From an uncultured Planctomycetia bacterium (lineage in GTDB: Bacteria > Omnitrophota > Gorgyraeia > 2-02-FULL-51-18): 60,940 nucleotides of DNA. The DNA lies in the NCBI GenBank assembly GCA_964402785.1, contig CAYODQ010000006.1, positions 1-60,940 on the forward strand. The letters are read 5' to 3'. A program made the translations under genes and the position numbers. Below, in pieces: positions 55,031 through 60,940 of the stretch; within the stretch, counting starts at the first letter, position 1, and the number at the start of each line of letters is the position of its first letter. The notes under the pieces are model-generated. The model made no database searches. It was not told where the DNA came from and saw only the letters and a program-made list of their open reading frames with translations.

Positions 55031-57355
55031 TTGGACGAGAGAAAAAAAAGTGAAGCGCTGGCATTTGCCTGGTTCGCACTTTCTATTCTGCTTTTGGTCT
55101 CGCTCGTGTCTTACACGCGGGATGACATCGCTTATGAAGTCTCTTCTCCAAATTCGCCCGTCAAAAATTTTGTAGGCCCGTTCGGTGCATACGCGGCGTG
55201 GTCGCTTCGTATTTTGTTCGGCAAGACCGCTTACTTTTTAGTGCCCGTTTTCTTATTGTGGTCTTTGGCCAAATGGTCCGGCAAAAAAGGCCAGAAAGTC
55301 TGGCTTCGTTTTTTTTCAGTCGTTATCTTCTTAACATCAGCCTGTGCGCTTTTTTCGCTTGTCGGAGCATCTGTCCCGGCTCTTCGCTTTGATAACGGCG
55401 GCATCATTGGATATTTTACATCGGTTTTTTTGACCAATGTATTCGGCCATGCGGGCATGTTCGTAGCGCTTTCTTTGTTTCTTCTTTCCGTTATTTTGGC
55501 TACCGAGCTATTGGTTCTCCAGATCGCAACCGAGCTGTTTCACAGGGTCAAGCCCGGGCTGACGGGGCAGCTTTCAGAAGAATCTGACGACATCAAGAAA
55601 GCGCCAAGAGTCGCCGTAAAGCCCAAAGAGCAGCCCAAGAAACCTGCTTTGCCGATCAAAGAAAAAATTGCAGATATGAAGCAGCAGTTAGCGGAAAAGA
55701 TCAAACCTACACCGGCGGTGGCCGCAGCTAAAGAACCACCCGCCAAACCCACGATCAAGCTGTCGACGCCAAAACCGGATCTTGCCAAATCTGAGAAGTC
55801 CGGCGCTAAAGAGGCGCCCAAGGTTCTGGAGTACGCCGCCAATGCCGAAGAGGGCAATTATAGGCTTCCGTCACTCGATCTTCTCAACACAGCGCCTGTC
55901 TTAGATCAGGGGAAGGCTCAGATGGATATTGAGGAGAGCTCTCGCATCCTTGAGGCAACGCTACAGGATTTTGGGATCGAGGCCAAAGTCGTGGAAGTTG
56001 AGCAGGGGCCCACGATCACGCGGTACGAGCTTCAGCCTGCAGCAGGCGTCAAAGTGCAAAGGATCACATCGTTAGAAAACGACATCGCGCTTGCCATGAG
56101 CGCCACGAGTGTCCGCATTGTGGCGCCTATACCCGGTAAATCTCGAGTGGGTATCGAAGTGCCCAATCGCGCCATGGCCGTGGTTTCTCTTAAAGAGGTG
56201 CTGGAGTCCAATGAATTCCAAGGTGAGCGCTCACCGGTTGCCATCGCCATCGGCAAGGACACAGCCGGGGCTCCGATGGTGCTGGATCTAGCTTCTATGC
56301 CGCATCTTTTGATCGCAGGTGCCACGAATACCGGCAAAAGCGTTTGTATCAACAGCATCATCATGAGCATGCTTTTTCGTTCATCGCCGGATCAGCTCAA
56401 GTTTTTGATCGTCGATCCCAAGATGGTAGAGCTGCATTTTTATAATGACCTTCCGCATCTTATTTGTCCCGTGATCACAGATAAGTCCAAGGTGCCAGGC
56501 TCGCTGACATGGCTTCTTGGTGAGATGGAGCGCCGATATAAAGTGCTATCGCGTGTGGGAGCCAAAAATATTGTAGGGTTCAATGAAAAGGTAGAAAAAA
56601 AGCAGATTACGCCGGAGTCGCTTAAGCCGCAAGCTGAGGGCGAAGAGAATCACGAGCCTATTTTGGTCAAAAAAATGCCTTACATTGTGCTGATCATTGA
56701 TGAGCTCGCTGATCTTATGATGGCCTCCGCAAACGAGATCGAAGGCTCAATCGCGAGACTGGCGCAGCTAGCCCGCGCCGTGGGTATCCATATGATCTTG
56801 GCAACCCAAAGGCCATCTGTGGATGTTATAACCGGTATCATCAAAGCGAATTTTCCTGCTCGCATTGCTTTTCAGGTGGCTTCGAAAGTTGATTCTCGGA
56901 CCATCTTGGATGAAAACGGCGCTGATAAATTGTTGGGCCGGGGCGATCTACTCATCATGGATCCTCGCAAATCCAAAGTCATCCGTGCGCAAGGCGCTCT
57001 GGTTCAAGACTCGGAAATCGAAAAAGTCACCAGCTTCATCAAAAAACAAAATATGCCCATCCATCACGAAAGTGTTACACAAGAAGGTCAAAAGAAAATG
57101 GCGATGGGCGATTTTAAGAAGGATGAGATCTATGAAGAAGCTAAGCGAGTGGTGCTCGACTCGGGCCAGGCTTCCGTTTCGATGGTGCAAAGACGTTTGG
57201 GAGTGGGTTATACGCGTGCGGCCAGACTTATCGATATGATGGAAGAAGAGGGTATTGTCGGGCCTTATCGCGGCGCCAAGCCAAGGGATATCTTGGTTGA
57301 GAGGCCTTCCGCGGCGCCCGTCAATACATCCGAAGAGAATAAGGAAAACACATGA
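55031..57355 (+). CDS. ftsK: DNA translocase FtsK
   Basis: N-terminal TM domain, PHLLIAGATNTGKS, IIDELADLM, ATQRPS, gamma domain QRRLGVGYTRAARL. Confidence 0.95.
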   Translation: MDERKKSEALAFAWFALSILLLVSLVSYTRDDIAYEVSSPNSPVKNFVGPFGAYAAWSLRILFGKTAYFLVPVFLLWSLAKWSGKKGQKVWLRFFSVVIFLTSACALFSLVGASVPALRFDNGGIIGYFTSVFLTNVFGHAGMFVALSLFLLSVILATELLVLQIATELFHRVKPGLTGQLSEESDDIKKAPRVAVKPKEQPKKPALPIKEKIADMKQQLAEKIKPTPAVAAAKEPPAKPTIKLSTPKPDLAKSEKSGAKEAPKVLEYAANAEEGNYRLPSLDLLNTAPVLDQGKAQMDIEESSRILEATLQDFGIEAKVVEVEQGPTITRYELQPAAGVKVQRITSLENDIALAMSATSVRIVAPIPGKSRVGIEVPNRAMAVVSLKEVLESNEFQGERSPVAIAIGKDTAGAPMVLDLASMPHLLIAGATNTGKSVCINSIIMSMLFRSSPDQLKFLIVDPKMVELHFYNDLPHLICPVITDKSKVPGSLTWLLGEMERRYKVLSRVGAKNIVGFNEKVEKKQITPESLKPQAEGEENHEPILVKKMPYIVLIIDELADLMMASANEIEGSIARLAQLARAVGIHMILATQRPSVDVITGIIKANFPARIAFQVASKVDSRTILDENGADKLLGRGDLLIMDPRKSKVIRAQGALVQDSEIEKVTSFIKKQNMPIHHESVTQEGQKKMAMGDFKKDEIYEEAKRVVLDSGQASVSMVQRRLGVGYTRAARLIDMMEEEGIVGPYRGAKPRDILVERPSAAPVNTSEENKENT

Positions 57356-58155
57356 CGGCTACCATCGGCGCAACACTAAAAGACGCACGCACCAAAAAAG
57401 CAGTTTCTTTGGATGATGTACATGCCAAGATCAAGATACATCCACGTGTGTTGCAGCTCTTAGAAGAAGATAAATTCGAGAAGCTGCCAAGCCCTCTTTT
57501 TGCTAAAAGTTTTTTGAAAAGCTACGCAGAATTTCTTGAGCTCAACACGGATTCTCTCATCGAAATATATGACCGGGAGAAGCAGAAGGAGCCGGATCAG
57601 GTTCTCTTCATACGTCCCGCAGATCCCACAGCCAGTCATCACAAAAACATCAAAGTTGAGCCCAAGAAGATTTTGGGTATTGTTTTGGCCGTAGCCGCTT
57701 TGGCGCTCTTTTTGGCGGGGGTGCCCCAGAAGGCAGTTGGTTTGTGGGCGATGAAAATGAAGCCCGCAAAGACGGTCAAGAAGGAGAAAAAAGAAGATGC
57801 GCAGCCAGCTCAAGCAGTCGCTATTCCTGAAAATAAAGCGGATTGGCTCAATTCGGTTGCGCTCGGAAATTTCCCAAAAATATCCAAAAAAACTCCGCTT
57901 GATCTTGAGATAAAAGCGCTGGACGCTGTTTGGGTGCACATCACAGGTGACGGCTCAGTGCTCTTTCAAGGTATTTTGAAAAAAGGGAATTCCGGAAAAT
58001 ATTCAGCCAAAGATATGCTGGAGGTTTGGACCGGCAACGCAGCCAACATGTCGCTATCTCTTAATAAAAGCCCTTTGGGTTCGCCAGGTAAGGGCTTTGT
58101 CAAAAAAATGCAAATATCCCGAGAGGGTATCCGGGTCGCCCAGGCATCTTCTTGA
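57352..58155 (+). CDS. rodZ: RodZ-like HTH membrane protein
   Basis: N-terminal HTH (IG..LK.AR..K..SL), one TM helix, C-terminal W...GNA domain; ftsK-rodZ-rimO-pgsA synteny. Confidence 0.8.
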   Translation: MTATIGATLKDARTKKAVSLDDVHAKIKIHPRVLQLLEEDKFEKLPSPLFAKSFLKSYAEFLELNTDSLIEIYDREKQKEPDQVLFIRPADPTASHHKNIKVEPKKILGIVLAVAALALFLAGVPQKAVGLWAMKMKPAKTVKKEKKEDAQPAQAVAIPENKADWLNSVALGNFPKISKKTPLDLEIKALDAVWVHITGDGSVLFQGILKKGNSGKYSAKDMLEVWTGNAANMSLSLNKSPLGSPGKGFVKKMQISREGIRVAQASS

Positions 58156-59483
58156 AAGTAGCGCTTGTCAGTCTGGGATGTGCCCGCACCTTAGTTGATT
58201 CCGAAGTAGCTCTCGGGTCGCTATCGGCTCATGGGTACTCCATCGTCAAAGATGTCAAGAATGCAGACATCGCTATCGTTAACACCTGCGGATTCATCGA
58301 AGAAGCCAAAGTAGAATCGATCGAAACTATTTTGGGTCTATGTGAGCTCAAGAAAAAAGGAAAGCTCGAAGCTGTGGTCGTATTGGGCTGTCTGGCTCAG
58401 CGCTATGGCCCAGATCTTCAAAAGCAGATCAAAGAAGCAGATGCCATCGTCGGTACTAACAATTTTGGTGATCTTGCTAAGGTTTTGGAGCCTATCCAGA
58501 AGAGAAAGAAGATCTATAAAGTAGAGCCAAGGCCTTATTATTTGCTGGATGAGCACACGCCTCGATATTCATTGACACCCAAATACACCTCCTATGTAAA
58601 GATATCTGAGGGCTGCTTGAATGCCTGTTCGTACTGCGTCATCCCTAAGATGAAGGGGCCGCATCGCTCTCGAACCATTGACTCCATCGTAAAAGAGATC
58701 CAGCAGTTGACCCTCACACGAAAAGTCTCCGAGGTTAATTTGATAGGGCAGGACACGGCTGCTTTTGGATATGATTCGGACAGAATTTTTAGGATCCCCG
58801 AGCTCTTAGAGACACTGGCACGCGAAACGCAAGTGCCATGGTTAAGGCTTTTGTATGCTCATCCGGCGCACGTAAGCGAAGAGATGATCAATGTGATCGC
58901 CCGATATCCGAATATTTGTAAATATTTGGATTTTCCGATCGAGCACAGTCATGATGCGATGCTTCTGCGCATGAACCGCGCGGTCACTCGGGCGAAGATG
59001 GAATGGGGCCTTAAAACCATGCGCAAAAAAATTCCTCATGTCGGGATCCGCACAACGGTGATCGTTGGGTTTCCGGGAGAAACGGAGGAAGAATTTGAGG
59101 ATCTGTTGGCGTTCTTGAGGGAATATCGATTTGATCGATTGGGGACCTTTATGTTTTCGCCCGAGGAAGGCGCAAAAGCATTTGATATGCCGGATCCTGT
59201 CCCACAGCCGCTTATACAAGAGCGCTATAACCGCGTGATGGAGCTGCAACGCCAGATCTCTTCGGAGATCAATGAGTCTTGGGTTGGAAAAAAGGTTCGC
59301 GTATTGATCGATGAACCGCAAAAGGGCGAGCCGGGTACCTATATTGGCCGCACCGAGCGAGATGCGCCGGATGTGGATGGTCAGGTGATCGTGCATGCTT
59401 CCAATAAGCTGTCCGCGGGAGATTTTGTGGATGTCCAGATCACTGATGCCTTGGAGTACGATCTAGTGGGGGATGTGTGCTGA
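58152..59483 (+). CDS. rimO: Ribosomal protein S12 methylthiotransferase
   Basis: SLGCA..LVDSE, NTCGFI, radical-SAM CLNACSYC, DAPDVDG, TRAM domain. Confidence 0.94.
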   Translation: MKVALVSLGCARTLVDSEVALGSLSAHGYSIVKDVKNADIAIVNTCGFIEEAKVESIETILGLCELKKKGKLEAVVVLGCLAQRYGPDLQKQIKEADAIVGTNNFGDLAKVLEPIQKRKKIYKVEPRPYYLLDEHTPRYSLTPKYTSYVKISEGCLNACSYCVIPKMKGPHRSRTIDSIVKEIQQLTLTRKVSEVNLIGQDTAAFGYDSDRIFRIPELLETLARETQVPWLRLLYAHPAHVSEEMINVIARYPNICKYLDFPIEHSHDAMLLRMNRAVTRAKMEWGLKTMRKKIPHVGIRTTVIVGFPGETEEEFEDLLAFLREYRFDRLGTFMFSPEEGAKAFDMPDPVPQPLIQERYNRVMELQRQISSEINESWVGKKVRVLIDEPQKGEPGTYIGRTERDAPDVDGQVIVHASNKLSAGDFVDVQITDALEYDLVGDVC

Positions 59484-60040
59484 ATCTGCCCAATTGTATC
59501 ACTTTGTCACGCGTGGCGTTGTCAGGCATGGTCGCTGCTTTTATTTTTGCTCCTCAATCTTGGGGTAAATCAGCAGCACTAGCTGCATTTATCTTGGGCG
59601 CTGCTACGGATTATTGGGATGGGTATTTTGCGCGCAAAATGGGGCTTGTGAGCCAATTTGGAAAGCTTGTTGACCCCATCGCCGACAAAGCGCTTACGTT
59701 GACAGCTTTTTTTTCATTCGCTGCGCTGGGGCTTGTTTCGATATATTGGGTGCTGATCATTGCTGTGCGCGAGATATATATCACAGCGCTGCGTCTTTTT
59801 TTCCCCAACAGGATACCGCTGGCTGCCAAGCAAAGTGGAAAAAACAAAACTTTTATTCAGATGGCCTATATAATTTTTGCATTGTCATACATGGTCGCTG
59901 CCGAAGCGGGTTTGGTATCGATCTCATGGTCCAAAGCCATCGAGCAAGCTTTGCGTGTGGGGATCGTCATGGTCGTGATCATGACCTTGTGGAGTGGTTT
60001 ACGTTTGGCCAATAAAGGCAAGGCGGCGGGGATCGCTTAA
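59477..60040 (+). CDS. pgsA: CDP-diacylglycerol--glycerol-3-phosphate 3-phosphatidyltransferase
   Basis: NLPN.IT..R and D..DG..AR.......G...DP.ADK. Confidence 0.9.
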   Translation: MLNLPNCITLSRVALSGMVAAFIFAPQSWGKSAALAAFILGAATDYWDGYFARKMGLVSQFGKLVDPIADKALTLTAFFSFAALGLVSIYWVLIIAVREIYITALRLFFPNRIPLAAKQSGKNKTFIQMAYIIFALSYMVAAEAGLVSISWSKAIEQALRVGIVMVVIMTLWSGLRLANKGKAAGIA

Positions 60041-60043
60041 AGA

Positions 60044-60487
60044 ATGATGAGCTTTCTAACCAAGCTAATCATTAGTGCGGGCGGTGCTGGTTTTTTGTTT
60101 TGGCCGGGTTTTTGGGGGAGTTGGGTTGGTTTTGGATTGGCTTGGATGGCCCCTGAGTATTTTAACGCGATCTTCTTGAGTGCAGTTCTGCTTGGTTATG
60201 CCATGTGTCTTCCAGCGCAAAAGGTTTGCAATAGCTCCGATCCTCAAATATTCGTCTTGGATGAAGTGTGTGGGATGATGCTATCTGTCTGGATGTTGCC
60301 GTACAACATTTGGGTTTATGTGGCGGCTTATATTTTATTTCGAGTTCTTGATGTGTTAAAGCCCGGATTCATAGGCTTACTGGAAAAAAAACACCACCCC
60401 TTTTCCATCATGAACGACGACATCGCCGCAGGTCTCACCACAAACATTCTCCTGCGAATTCTTTTCCTCTTTTGCCCAGCATTTTGA
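60044..60487 (+). CDS. pgpA: Phosphatidylglycerophosphatase A
   Basis: PG.WGS, DP...VLDEV.G, FR..D..KP, M.DDI.AG. Confidence 0.88.
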   Translation: MMSFLTKLIISAGGAGFLFWPGFWGSWVGFGLAWMAPEYFNAIFLSAVLLGYAMCLPAQKVCNSSDPQIFVLDEVCGMMLSVWMLPYNIWVYVAAYILFRVLDVLKPGFIGLLEKKHHPFSIMNDDIAAGLTTNILLRILFLFCPAF

Positions 60488-60615
60488 AGTCTGGCTTACA
60501 AAATTCACTCGCTCATACCACGCAGCCGCTAAGAGTTGTCGCTTTTGTTCGCCCTTACCCATTTGGCTGCATGATCTTGTCGTAAGCGGCATGGACCCTC
60601 GGCTCGCCTAGATTC

Positions 60616-60872
60616 AGGCTCAAATGCCGGAAACCACCCTCTCCAGGACCGCCCGATTTTCCCCACCGAGAAAAATCGGGCTCGTAAATCTCCTCGCTCA
60701 TCTTTCTATATAAATAGAAAAAAAGGACGTAAAGTCTAGCGGAGATACCCTGGCCGCTCGTCGATTTAACGTCCCTCCGAGGGCGCTTTCCGGCATTTGA
60801 GCCTTAAGCAAGTCTCGTCGCCACGATGATTTCTTTTCATATACTTGGGAAAACGAGTCACGGATACAGCCT
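60616..60872 (-). repeat. Structured palindromic element B, copy 2 (inverted)
   Basis: Reverse complement aligns over ~255 nt with 7069-7327; the central A/T-rich loop is the main diverged part. Confidence 0.9.
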
Positions 60873-60940
60873 GGAACTGGATAATATCCAGTAAACCGTC
60901 AACCGAAGGCTTTCGTACGGTCGTTGAGACTCCGGAGCCG

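Overview
A bacterial chromosomal window in which every credible gene is on the + strand. Most of it is housekeeping: sdhCAB-mqnD-acs; two paralogous exported proteins; RRM and FecR proteins; rplM-rpsI; a tightly coupled arg/lys-dap/folK/pan/nadX biosynthetic run; an ECF sigma with a probable anti-sigma; tRNA-Pro(CGG); ligA, xerD, rbfA-truB-ribF, then rpsO-pnp-dut-ftsK-rodZ-rimO-pgsA-pgpA. The standout is a 14.7-kb ORF (37317-51998, 4893 aa) between ribF and rpsO. It has a signal-peptide-like N-terminus and a ~530-aa domain whose H/E/R/GxxH motif order resembles TraB/Tiki/EreA-ChaN metallo-hydrolases. The rest is a chain of mostly unrelated modules separated by 22 exact G-A-R-L-[A/S/G] motifs written in varied codons, and one 147-aa module is duplicated exactly from motif to motif. 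I infer a secreted, possibly self-processing polyprotein that evolves by module shuffling. The window also holds several families of four-unit 7/8-nt tandem arrays, three of them forming hairpins inside the giant ORF, and two families of long structured palindromic repeats present as inverted pairs. The giant-gene style suggests Candidatus Omnitrophota/PVC, but that is inference only. All calls come from reading the sequence by eye; no searches were run.
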